From positions 1-25,715 of the IMG/VR virus record IMGVR_UViG_3300030395_000938: a stretch of 25,715 bases of DNA. One strand, 5' to 3'. Positions 1-8,217 of this stretch are shown here, in pieces. The stretch is from a virus. Its lineage: Duplodnaviria > Caudoviricetes. The position numbers were made by a program, and so were the translations under genes. Under the pieces are notes generated by a model. That model was not told where the DNA came from. It made no database searches and was given only the letters and a program-made list of their open reading frames with translations. Position 1 is the first letter of the stretch, and every line of letters starts with the position of its first letter.

Positions 1-1506
1 AAGGTTCAGGAAGGGCTCCGCAATAAGGCAGACGAACACAACGAAGACATGGAAGAGAAAGGGGAGCCGGAATGGCGACAGACGACCCCGGGCGTCTTGG
101 CTCAAGTCTTCGAGCGTGGAGTCGGTGCGTACAATACCAACCCTGAAAGCGTTCGACCCGGTGTGACCAGTGCCGACCAATGGGCATACGCCCGCGTTAA
201 TTCGTTCTTGTACGCACTACGGAACGACCGATACCGAAGCGGCAAGCATGATACGGATCTATTGCCGGAAGAGCACCCGATGAGCACGGACGGAAAGTCA
301 AAGGCTGTCGGAGATACCGACCCGACGAACTTCCCCGCCGATGGTGATGACAAGACAGTGAGCCTGTCCAATTCTCAATGGGACGTTTTCGATGTCGAGT
401 TCGCCGAGATGATCAAGCTACGCTATCCTGCGATCTGGCGAGCGGGTGGCAACATCAAGGGGAACGAACAGTTTCGCAAGCTACGTCCGATCGCGCTCGG
501 CGGTGGTAGCGTCGACGGTCGGAGCCAAGAAGAGGCCGTCCGGCTTAGGGAAGCCTGGGGCGCGCGTCATGCCGATGACTTCCGGTTGGCGGGTGTTGTC
601 GCGCAGATGAAGTGGTTGGTTGTCGGTAGCCGTGGCGAGCGGTACATGAAGGATCTGATCATCGATGAGATGGACAAGATCGACAACGAGAAGGCCGCAA
701 AGTGGATTAGCGGCGAGGTTCATACGGTCGACCTTGACACCGACTCGGGGCGCGAGATTGCGTGGCGGACGTTCATCGATAGAGTCCATACACCGCACGA
801 GCGGCGGATAGGCGCGTCTATGCGTCGATACTTACGAGCCCAGGGCGCCCGCATTGCGAAGAACCTAAAGAAGGAACTTGGCGAGAAGGGCGTCACCAAG
901 TCGCTCGACTCGGTAGTGCTGGATCGGGTGTTGGATGAGACCTTCGAGCGTGGCGAGATTATGCGGCTGTTCCGGCCGTTGTATCGTCAAGCGTTGGCGG
1001 ACGCGTACCAGGAAGCATCGAAAAGCATCGATCAAACTTCGTTGTATGATCAGACAGAACTTGCACAGCAAGCGCTCTTTTCCGTGCGACAAATGGAGAC
1101 AAGCATCCTGCAAACGACACGCGGATCGGTCGGTCGGTTGGTTGATGATCTGATTACCGAGGGTGCGACCTTGGCAGAGATGCAGACCAAGATCGTCCAG
1201 TCAACGTCGTTCAGTCCCAATCGAGCCATGACAATCGCCACGACTGAGACGACCCGACTTGCAAACCATGCAGCAAACGCAGCCTACAACCAGGCGGAAG
1301 AATCAGGAGTCAAGGTCGAAAAAATGTGGCTATCCGCACGCGACGAAGCCGTTCGAGAAGCACACCAAGACCTTGACGGAACGAAGGTTCCAAGCGCGGC
1401 ACAGTTCAGCTATCAAGGCGCCACGGCGGACGCTCCGGGGCTGTTCGGTGTGGGGTCGCTCGACATCAATTGCCGATGCACAATGATCGGAAGGGTAGTG
1501 AAATGA
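1..1506 (+). CDS. Head morphogenesis protein with C-terminal MuF (SPP1 gp7-like) domain and extra N-terminal domains; 5' truncated, possibly a portal fusion
   Basis: Frame is open from base 1 (KVQEGLRNKADEHNED precedes Met at 49). C-terminus has MuF motifs RAMTIATTET, KMWLSARDEAVREAH-x2-LDG and INCRC. Lies directly upstream of the prohead protease. Confidence 0.8.
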   Translation, partial: KVQEGLRNKADEHNEDMEEKGEPEWRQTTPGVLAQVFERGVGAYNTNPESVRPGVTSADQWAYARVNSFLYALRNDRYRSGKHDTDLLPEEHPMSTDGKSKAVGDTDPTNFPADGDDKTVSLSNSQWDVFDVEFAEMIKLRYPAIWRAGGNIKGNEQFRKLRPIALGGGSVDGRSQEEAVRLREAWGARHADDFRLAGVVAQMKWLVVGSRGERYMKDLIIDEMDKIDNEKAAKWISGEVHTVDLDTDSGREIAWRTFIDRVHTPHERRIGASMRRYLRAQGARIAKNLKKELGEKGVTKSLDSVVLDRVLDETFERGEIMRLFRPLYRQALADAYQEASKSIDQTSLYDQTELAQQALFSVRQMETSILQTTRGSVGRLVDDLITEGATLAEMQTKIVQSTSFSPNRAMTIATTETTRLANHAANAAYNQAEESGVKVEKMWLSARDEAVREAHQDLDGTKVPSAAQFSYQGATADAPGLFGVGSLDINCRCTMIGRVVK

Positions 1507-2342
1507 AACACGTATTCAAGACAATGATCTGCAAGGCGGAAGCCAGCGACGATGGCACCATAACAGCGGTAGCCAGCACACCCGATCCAGACCGCATGGA
1601 CGACGTGGTGGCCCCTTCGTGGAAGCTGGACGACTTCCGGCGCTCTCCGGTGATTATGCACGCTCATGATTATGAGGGGCCCGTGGTCGGAAAAGCGGTC
1701 GAGATCGATCTGGTCGGTGACACGCTCATGATGAGAGTCAAGTTCGACGAGCACGAATCGAACCCGCTCGGACAACGACTGGCGAACCAGTACCGCGAAG
1801 GCTTTATGTCCGCGTTTTCGGTGGGCTTCGCGCCCGGTAAAGTGACCCCACGGTCACAACTGCCGAAAGACCATCCAGCGTACAGCGAAAAAAGCGCGGG
1901 GTCGTACATGACAGAAAACAGCTTGCTTGAGGTCTCCGCCGTTGCGATTCCAGCAAACCCGCAAGCGCTCGCAGTACGTGCCAAGCGTTGGGGGCTTGAG
2001 CCCGAAGCGGTGAAGATGCCGCTACCCCCGGCAAGCATGGCACCGAAGGCCAAGCACATCATCAACGTGGAAGAAACAGAAGACACCTACACCATCACCT
2101 ACGCGAAAGCCGAGCACGACATGGCACCGGAAGAGCCAGAGGCCGAAGGCTATGGCGGCTACGGTGACGACGACGAAGACGACGATCGCAAGCTTCGATC
2201 CGTGGTCCGTGACGAGTTGCTGTCACTGTTCGCAGACTCAACAGACGAGCAAGTGCAGGACGGGCTCGATGTATTTCTTAACGATTCAACCCCCGCTCCG
2301 GCGTCTGACGACTTCGGGGCACTTTTCACCCAGGGCGAGTAG
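1503..2342 (+). CDS. HK97-family prohead protease with acidic C-terminal extension
   Basis: Motifs ASTPDPDRMDDVV, PVIMHAHD, AFSVGF and LLEVSAVAIPANPQA. ATG at 1503 overlaps the upstream TGA (ATGA). Confidence 0.92.
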   Translation: MKHVFKTMICKAEASDDGTITAVASTPDPDRMDDVVAPSWKLDDFRRSPVIMHAHDYEGPVVGKAVEIDLVGDTLMMRVKFDEHESNPLGQRLANQYREGFMSAFSVGFAPGKVTPRSQLPKDHPAYSEKSAGSYMTENSLLEVSAVAIPANPQALAVRAKRWGLEPEAVKMPLPPASMAPKAKHIINVEETEDTYTITYAKAEHDMAPEEPEAEGYGGYGDDDEDDDRKLRSVVRDELLSLFADSTDEQVQDGLDVFLNDSTPAPASDDFGALFTQGE

Positions 2343-2366
2343 CCCGCACCACACTGGAGACATCTC

Positions 2367-3752
2367 GTGGATATTCAAACGAAAGACGACGCGCTCCGCG
2401 TTTTGTCAGAAATTAAATCAGAGCAAAAGCGACTCGCGGAAGCAAACCGGGATCTCACTGAGAACCTGGAAACGAAAGCAGCCGATCTGAAAGCTGTACA
2501 GCAAAAGCTTGCCGAAGCAGCGGCGCCAAAAGTGCACACAGTCAGCGAAAAAGAGGCGACACTTCGTCAATTCGTCAAGCAAGACGGATCGCTCGATGTG
2601 GCTGGCATGGCAACCGACACCACCGACCGTGGTGAGTGGCACCAAGAGTTCAAGCAGTTGGTTGACGATCGCAACCTCGCCAAGTTGATGACCAAATCGG
2701 GATCGGTTCCCCATTTGGACGCCAAGCTTGAAGCACACATGAAAACCGCACCTGTGGACGTTCGAAAAGCATTCAGCGATGCCTCTGGCGTAGGTGCTGA
2801 GTGGATTCCTGATCTACTGCTTCCAACATTGGTCACCAAGCTCTACACACCGAAGGCGGTAGAAGCATTGTTCCCCACGCTGGCCATGCCTGCAAAAGAA
2901 CTACGCATGCCGTTTTTGACCTACAAGGTGAAGCCATACCTTAAGAGCGGCGCCACCTACGGCACGATCACCGCTGAGGATGACACGACGAGCCAAGTAA
3001 GCATGACAGCTAAGAGTCTAGCGGCGCGGATCACAGTGGACGAGGATGCGTCGGTTGATTCGGTCGTTGCCGGTCTTGATTACGCACGCAACGCGCTTGC
3101 TGATGCCATCGCGTCTGCCGTTGAGGACGCAATTATCAACGGTGACACGGCGGGAACCCATATGGATGACATCTCAAACTGGAACCCGCGTTCTCGTTGG
3201 AATGCTACCGGTCTTGGCGGTTCAGATGATCACCGGTCGGCATGGCTCGGCCTTCGCGCTCAAGCGTTCGACGTTTCTGCAACCCGTGACGCTGCATCGG
3301 ACACTGATCACTACAACGGCATCCTGACCACCCGCGCACTCATGGACGGCGCCCACGGCGTTGGCTCCAATATGGCGTTTATCTGCTCGCCTGAGTATTA
3401 CCTGACCCACCTACTCGCAGTTGACGAAGTAGCTACGATCGACAAGATTGGGCCACAAGCGGCGGTGTTGACCGGTCAAGTAGCCAGCATCGCAGGGGCT
3501 CCAGTGATTGTCAGCGACTATGTCACATCAGACATGAATGCCAGCGGTGTCTTCGACAACGTGACCAAGACAAAAACCGGCTACATCCTGGTAAATCGCG
3601 ACGCGTACATGATGGGCAACTACAAGCCCCTCACAATCGACGTCGATCGTGAAATCGTGAATGGTGCTATTGAAGTAGTCGCAACCCGTCGCACAATTTT
3701 TAAGTGCATGGAAGAGGCCAGCAAGTCCGTTGCATTCGCGTACAACATCTAA
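2367..3752 (+). CDS. Major capsid protein, HK97 fold, with N-terminal coiled-coil scaffold (delta-like) region
   Basis: 461 aa after the protease; GTG start with GGAG RBS; motifs GAEWIPD, EDAIINGD, IAGAPVIVSDY; heptad-like N-terminus. Confidence 0.9.
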   Translation: MDIQTKDDALRVLSEIKSEQKRLAEANRDLTENLETKAADLKAVQQKLAEAAAPKVHTVSEKEATLRQFVKQDGSLDVAGMATDTTDRGEWHQEFKQLVDDRNLAKLMTKSGSVPHLDAKLEAHMKTAPVDVRKAFSDASGVGAEWIPDLLLPTLVTKLYTPKAVEALFPTLAMPAKELRMPFLTYKVKPYLKSGATYGTITAEDDTTSQVSMTAKSLAARITVDEDASVDSVVAGLDYARNALADAIASAVEDAIINGDTAGTHMDDISNWNPRSRWNATGLGGSDDHRSAWLGLRAQAFDVSATRDAASDTDHYNGILTTRALMDGAHGVGSNMAFICSPEYYLTHLLAVDEVATIDKIGPQAAVLTGQVASIAGAPVIVSDYVTSDMNASGVFDNVTKTKTGYILVNRDAYMMGNYKPLTIDVDREIVNGAIEVVATRRTIFKCMEEASKSVAFAYNI

Positions 3753-3762
3753 GAGGTAAACA

Positions 3763-4002
3763 ATGCCGACCCTAAAATTCAAAGGTTTCAGCCATACAGC
3801 CACCTACAACGGTCCATCCGGATCTTGGAAGGCTGGCGATGAAAAGGAAGTAAGCAAAGCAGACGCAGATCGTCTACTGGAAGACTTCTCTGAATACTTC
3901 GAGCCCGTAGGGTCGGCAGTTGCCGCACCAAAGAAGACCCGCGCCGTGAAGTCACCGACTAAGCGGGGCGGGGCTTCTAAAGCCAAGAAGGCAGACAAAT
4001 GA
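3763..4002 (+). CDS. Small head-associated hypothetical protein with Lys-rich tail
   Basis: GAGG RBS; immediately after the capsid gene; W-x-AG-D/E motif and a basic C-terminus. Confidence 0.75.
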   Translation: MPTLKFKGFSHTATYNGPSGSWKAGDEKEVSKADADRLLEDFSEYFEPVGSAVAAPKKTRAVKSPTKRGGASKAKKADK

Positions 4003-4157
4003 AGTACACAGCAACACAGCGGGGAACGTTCCCGACGGGCGTACACTGGACAGCGGGAGAGTCGCGCGATCTGGACCTTCCAGAGGGCGTAGAGCCTCCC
4101 GCGTGGCTGAAGAAGGGTAAGGCCACCAAGACCAAGAAAAAAGCGACTGAGGGCTAA
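3999..4157 (+). CDS. Small 52-aa protein, probable paralog of 3763-4002 (absent from ORF track)
   Basis: Manual translation MKYTATQRGTFPTGVHWTAGESRDLDLPEGVEPPAWLKKGKATKTKKKATEG; ATGA overlap with the upstream gene; fills the gap to 4161. Confidence 0.75.
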   Translation: MKYTATQRGTFPTGVHWTAGESRDLDLPEGVEPPAWLKKGKATKTKKKATEG

Positions 4158-4160
4158 ACT

Positions 4161-4766
4161 GTGGCGATTATGACGGCAGCGGAGGCACGACTATATGTGC
4201 GAGGCATCACCGGCACGGGGGAAGACAGCAACCTGTCGACCCTGATTAGCCGTGCGGATGCTTTGTTCGCTGCCTACGTCGGACTCCCGCCAGCGACGGC
4301 CGGCGGTGTCGCTACACTTGAAGACACTACCCTCACGCTCTACCTCGACGGCCCAGGTGGTCAGGAGTTGAGGCTACCCTATGGGCCGATCCTTTCGGTC
4401 ACTTCCGTACACGACAGCGACGATCGGGTCTATTCATCGGCCGATCTGGTAGCTGCCAGCGATTACGAAGTATACGGGGATGAGTTTCTAATCCGTTTGA
4501 AGGATGACAGCTCACATGGATTTTGGGGGAAAGAGCGACGCGCGATCAAAGTTGTATTCGTGGTCGGCTTCTCTACCATCCCTGAAGACATCAAGCACGC
4601 GGCAGGGCTTCAGGTTGCGCACTGGTTCCAAGGTCGGGACCACGTGGGACGGCGGAGCATCAGTCAAGGCGGCGGATCAATCACTGTTGAGAACCTGAGC
4701 CTACTACCTGAAGTCAAACAAGCGCTGGCGCCATATCGTCAAGCCGGCGCGCTCTGGGTTGGCTAA
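4161..4766 (+). CDS. Head-tail adaptor/connector (gp6/gp15-like)
   Basis: Motifs LYLDGPGGQELRLPYGPILSVTSV, IKVVFVVGF, IPEDIKHA and LAPYR; position after the capsid genes. Confidence 0.8.
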   Translation: MAIMTAAEARLYVRGITGTGEDSNLSTLISRADALFAAYVGLPPATAGGVATLEDTTLTLYLDGPGGQELRLPYGPILSVTSVHDSDDRVYSSADLVAASDYEVYGDEFLIRLKDDSSHGFWGKERRAIKVVFVVGFSTIPEDIKHAAGLQVAHWFQGRDHVGRRSISQGGGSITVENLSLLPEVKQALAPYRQAGALWVG

Positions 4767-5380
4767 TGGCTGACATGACGATCGAAGAGTTCCGCGAACG
4801 GCTGAAGAAAGCCATCAAAACAGGCGCGCTGTCGGATGCGATTGTTGAGACAGGCCACACGCTCGCGTTCATGATGGAACGACAGGCGAAGCATAGAGTA
4901 ACCGGCGGCAACCCGTTAAACGTGCGCAGCGGCAAGCTTAGACAGTCCATTAAGCCGGTGGTGCGCGAGATTCGCGGCGGCGTTCGTGCTGGCGTTCAGG
5001 CCGGATCAAAGCGTGTGCCATATGCGGCGATTCACGAGACCGGGCAGACGCGAGACGGACAAGATCGGATCTACCCAAAGAATGCGCAATATCTCAGAAT
5101 CCCGTTCCCAGGCGGACCCGCTACAACGCGCACCGGCCGCGATCGATTTCAACAAGAGTTGAAAGGCGGAACCGAATTTCAGTTTGTGAAGCTGAAAGGT
5201 GACAAGGCGATGTTGGTCAACCGGTTCACAATGGACCCGTGGTATCTTTTGGTTCGGTCGGTAGGCATTAAAAAGCGGCCATTCCTGGAGCCGTCACGAA
5301 ATGACGCAGAAAAACGCATGCCGCGTTTGTTGGCGCTCAAAATACGCGAAGCGCTAAGGAGCGTAGACCTTGGCACTTGA
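4766..5380 (+). CDS. Neck/tail completion protein (HK97 gp10-like)
   Basis: Basic protein with RSGKLRQSI, YAAIHETG and KRPFLEP motifs; gene order. Confidence 0.75.
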   Translation: MADMTIEEFRERLKKAIKTGALSDAIVETGHTLAFMMERQAKHRVTGGNPLNVRSGKLRQSIKPVVREIRGGVRAGVQAGSKRVPYAAIHETGQTRDGQDRIYPKNAQYLRIPFPGGPATTRTGRDRFQQELKGGTEFQFVKLKGDKAMLVNRFTMDPWYLLVRSVGIKKRPFLEPSRNDAEKRMPRLLALKIREALRSVDLGT

Positions 5381-5831
5381 ACGGACCATACTAAACCAGA
5401 TCAAAACGCAGATCGCGAACGTCAACGGGTCAGGCTCGTACACGGCGGATCTGTCTGGTACGGATCAGGTCGTTATCGGTGAAAGCTTCGCGCCGCACCG
5501 GCTCCCTTGCGCGTACATCTACCCTAACGGGGTGACCACGACCCAAGCCGCAGGGCGTACAGTGCTCACACGATACGATCGGACGATGAGCGTCCAGGTG
5601 GAAGCGTGGACCCCTGCAACGTCAAGCGCGCCGGGTACAGCGCTACTCGATGCGATGGATCTACAGGATGACATTATGCGAGCACTGGAAGCCGATCGGA
5701 GTCTTGGCGGGAACGTTCGAGACATAGAGATCAGTGCAAGCAGTTTCGACGGGCACGAATTAGATCGGCCTTCGCTGGGCCTTGCAATTCTTATACTCAG
5801 TATCGAATATACAGAAACGGCCGGGGGTTGA
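5370..5831 (+). CDS. Probable tail terminator
   Basis: 153 aa acidic protein, TTG start with AGGAG RBS; PCAYIY and ADRSLGG motifs; between neck and tail tube genes. Confidence 0.65.
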   Translation: MALERTILNQIKTQIANVNGSGSYTADLSGTDQVVIGESFAPHRLPCAYIYPNGVTTTQAAGRTVLTRYDRTMSVQVEAWTPATSSAPGTALLDAMDLQDDIMRALEADRSLGGNVRDIEISASSFDGHELDRPSLGLAILILSIEYTETAGG

Positions 5832-5834
5832 TCG

Positions 5835-6596
5835 ATGAGTTGGTATAGTTCAGACTTTAGCCATCGAGCGGCGATCTCTGTCGACAATCACGGAGGCTCG
5901 AACCCGTGCGATATTGAGGTCGTAATCCCTACCGACTGGCCTGAGTTTTGGGACGTGGTCCTGTCGTCAGGAAATGACGTGTACGTGACGCGCGACGATG
6001 GCATCAACACCGTGACCTTTAAGCTGGACAGCTGGAACTATACAGCCAAGACCGGCAATATTCACATCGACAATTTCCAAGCAGCGTCCACGGCTGCAGC
6101 GCTCACCCTTTGGGTGTACTGGGGGAACAGTAGCGCGAGCAGTGCTCAGTCATCCTTCACGGTGTCTTCACCGAAAACCGGCCACATCGAGACGCACACG
6201 CCTGGATCGGGGTCGTCTCCGGTTATCAGTTGCAGACCGGAAACACCGGGCGCCACGAACCCCCGCAGCGAGATCAGCAAGGCATCTACTGAGGACATTT
6301 TTGTATGGTGGGATCTGTCGAAGGTCTTGGCACGTCGGCGGGTGCCATATCAGAACCGGCGCCTATTGGAAGAAGTGCAGAACGTGCGGTACCTTGTACA
6401 ACAGCAAGGTTCGACCGTGTCAGCCATGTCGGACAATACATCGATCCGGCAAGTCGGGAACTTCGTACGAACCACCATCAAGGGCGGGTCAAGCGGATCG
6501 AACGCTGTCGCAATTTTAACCGTCGTAACAGACGCGGGAAGGGTGCTCGACTTTCGATGTACCATCCGAGTCAACGACGTAACCGAGCCAACATAA
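5835..6596 (+). CDS. Virion-associated protein with DUF2341-like N-terminal domain
   Basis: N-terminus MSWY..FSHR.AI.V, GNDVYVT and LWVYWGNSSA resemble the DUF2341 pattern; beta-rich C-terminal domain. Confidence 0.55.
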   Translation: MSWYSSDFSHRAAISVDNHGGSNPCDIEVVIPTDWPEFWDVVLSSGNDVYVTRDDGINTVTFKLDSWNYTAKTGNIHIDNFQAASTAAALTLWVYWGNSSASSAQSSFTVSSPKTGHIETHTPGSGSSPVISCRPETPGATNPRSEISKASTEDIFVWWDLSKVLARRRVPYQNRRLLEEVQNVRYLVQQQGSTVSAMSDNTSIRQVGNFVRTTIKGGSSGSNAVAILTVVTDAGRVLDFRCTIRVNDVTEPT

Positions 6597-6614
6597 TCAC
6601 CCACGGAGCAAGAC

Positions 6615-7562
6615 ATGGCATCGATTTACCACGGAAGAGGGGCCGCGATCGGCTTCGGAGCAGAGAGCGCTGGCAGTTACGGTACGGCCGTATCTCGCAC
6701 AAACTGGCGACCATTGATTTCGTCCAGCTTGACGCGAACAATTGAGAAGGTCCCACGGCCGACGCTTCGAGTAGGTGGCGCGGGTGCCATGCGTAGATCG
6801 CATTACATACAGTCCGATAATGCAGGTGGAAGCTTCAGCATCGAGGCATCTTACCGGTCAATGGGGCTCTTGTGCAAGCATCTCATGGGAGCCGTATCGA
6901 CTACAGGAACGAACCCTTACACCCACGTATACACGTTTGCAGACGACGTACCGGAAGGGCTCACCATCGAGAACAACCGGGGAACCGGAACCAGTGAAGT
7001 CTTCGAGGGTTGCCGTCTAAACTCCGGAACGTTTTCTGTCTCCGCCGGTGGTGTGATGACGTGCGAGTTCGATGTGATTGCAGAGACGTCATCCGCGCGC
7101 GGAAGTGCTGGGACGCCAACTTTCGAAGCAACAGACGCGCCGATTCTGCATAGTCAAGCCGGACAGCTAACCTTCGGCGGCGCTACTTATGATCTGATTG
7201 ATATGACGTTGACGGTCAACAACGCGCTGGCAGTTCGGCAGCATCTCGGATCGTTGGTGACTGCAAAGCCGTTGCGCTCGGATTTCCAGAGCGTTGAATT
7301 GTCGTTGACTGTCGAGGTCGAAGACGCGCTGTACGCGGCGTTCATCGCCGACACCGAAAGTGATGCTCACATCACGTTCACCGATGGTACTCGCTCGTTC
7401 CGTGTCGACGTTCAAAACGCCTATCTGTCTACTGTGTCCGATCCGATTTCGGATGCCAACGTGGTACGCCAGAGCCTCACGCTGATCGGACAGTCGGACG
7501 GGACCGATGAGGGTCTGAAGCTTACAGTTGTCAACGGTGACAGCACCGGGATCGGTAACTAA
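6615..7562 (+). CDS. Major tail tube protein
   Basis: 315 aa; E-x3-YGT, PYTHVYT, LTIE, FEGCRLNS and LTVNNAL patterns; GGAG RBS; precedes the chaperone and tape measure genes. Confidence 0.85.
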   Translation: MASIYHGRGAAIGFGAESAGSYGTAVSRTNWRPLISSSLTRTIEKVPRPTLRVGGAGAMRRSHYIQSDNAGGSFSIEASYRSMGLLCKHLMGAVSTTGTNPYTHVYTFADDVPEGLTIENNRGTGTSEVFEGCRLNSGTFSVSAGGVMTCEFDVIAETSSARGSAGTPTFEATDAPILHSQAGQLTFGGATYDLIDMTLTVNNALAVRQHLGSLVTAKPLRSDFQSVELSLTVEVEDALYAAFIADTESDAHITFTDGTRSFRVDVQNAYLSTVSDPISDANVVRQSLTLIGQSDGTDEGLKLTVVNGDSTGIGN

Positions 7563-7589
7563 AAAACGCTCAACAAAGGAAGGTGAAAA

Positions 7590-8078
7590 ATGAGCATTTT
7601 ACACGCAATCAAGAACGCATCGATCGATGAAGTGGAAGCGGCGGGCCTGTTTTGGCGGGTCCGTCGCATCTGCTCCGCAGACATGGCCAAGGCCGGGGTG
7701 GCATTTTTACAAGTCGCAACGCCACAAACAGAAGACGACCAGACCCCCGAAGAAGTCATGAAGCGAGTCAGCCCCAAGCAGGCGGGGGAAATGGCATCGC
7801 TCCAAGAGGCGACAGTGTGCGCGGGTACCATCGCGGTGGGTGACGGCGAGAAGTGGGACGATCTAAAGCTTGTGATTGACCAGAAGAGAGAAGATCCGGA
7901 CAAGGGTATTCTTTGGGTCGGTGGCTTGCCGGCGGGTGTGGTTGATGTGCTGTTCACGCGCATCATGTCACTCTCAACTGACGGGGAGGAAGCAGCCGAA
8001 AGGCTGGCCAGCTTTCGACGTGGAGACGCTTCTGATCTTGGGCGAGCTGGGGAAGATGTTCGGAAGATTGCCCCATGA
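7590..8078 (+). CDS. Tail assembly chaperone (gpG-like)
   Basis: Between tail tube and tape measure genes; GGAAGG RBS. Confidence 0.75.
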   Translation: MSILHAIKNASIDEVEAAGLFWRVRRICSADMAKAGVAFLQVATPQTEDDQTPEEVMKRVSPKQAGEMASLQEATVCAGTIAVGDGEKWDDLKLVIDQKREDPDKGILWVGGLPAGVVDVLFTRIMSLSTDGEEAAERLASFRRGDASDLGRAGEDVRKIAP

Positions 8079-8214
8079 ATTGCTTGAGTTGTCTCCTTAT
8101 GAGTTGGGCCTGGCCCTTGAGGTATACCGACAGCGAGACGCCACAGCGGCGCAGATGATGGAACGGATGGGTGATTCGATGCCGGTGGTACCGGTGGTGG
8201 TTTTGAAGGGGTAG
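8014..8214 (+). CDS. Tail assembly chaperone extension (gpT-like), probably reached by frameshift
   Basis: Overlapping +1 frame reads FDVETLLILGELGKMFGRLPHELLELSPYEL..., resembling gpT regions (G-x-LP-x-E-x-x-x-L); ends 3 nt before the tape measure start. Confidence 0.65.
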   Translation, partial: FDVETLLILGELGKMFGRLPHELLELSPYELGLALEVYRQRDATAAQMMERMGDSMPVVPVVVLKG

Positions 8215-8217
8215 AGA

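Noticed and set aside
2340-2369. In-frame TAG between protease and capsid (also 8212-8220) suggesting readthrough or recoding
   Set aside because: The capsid gene has its own RBS, in-frame neighbours arise by chance one time in three, and genes are not broken by internal TAGs.
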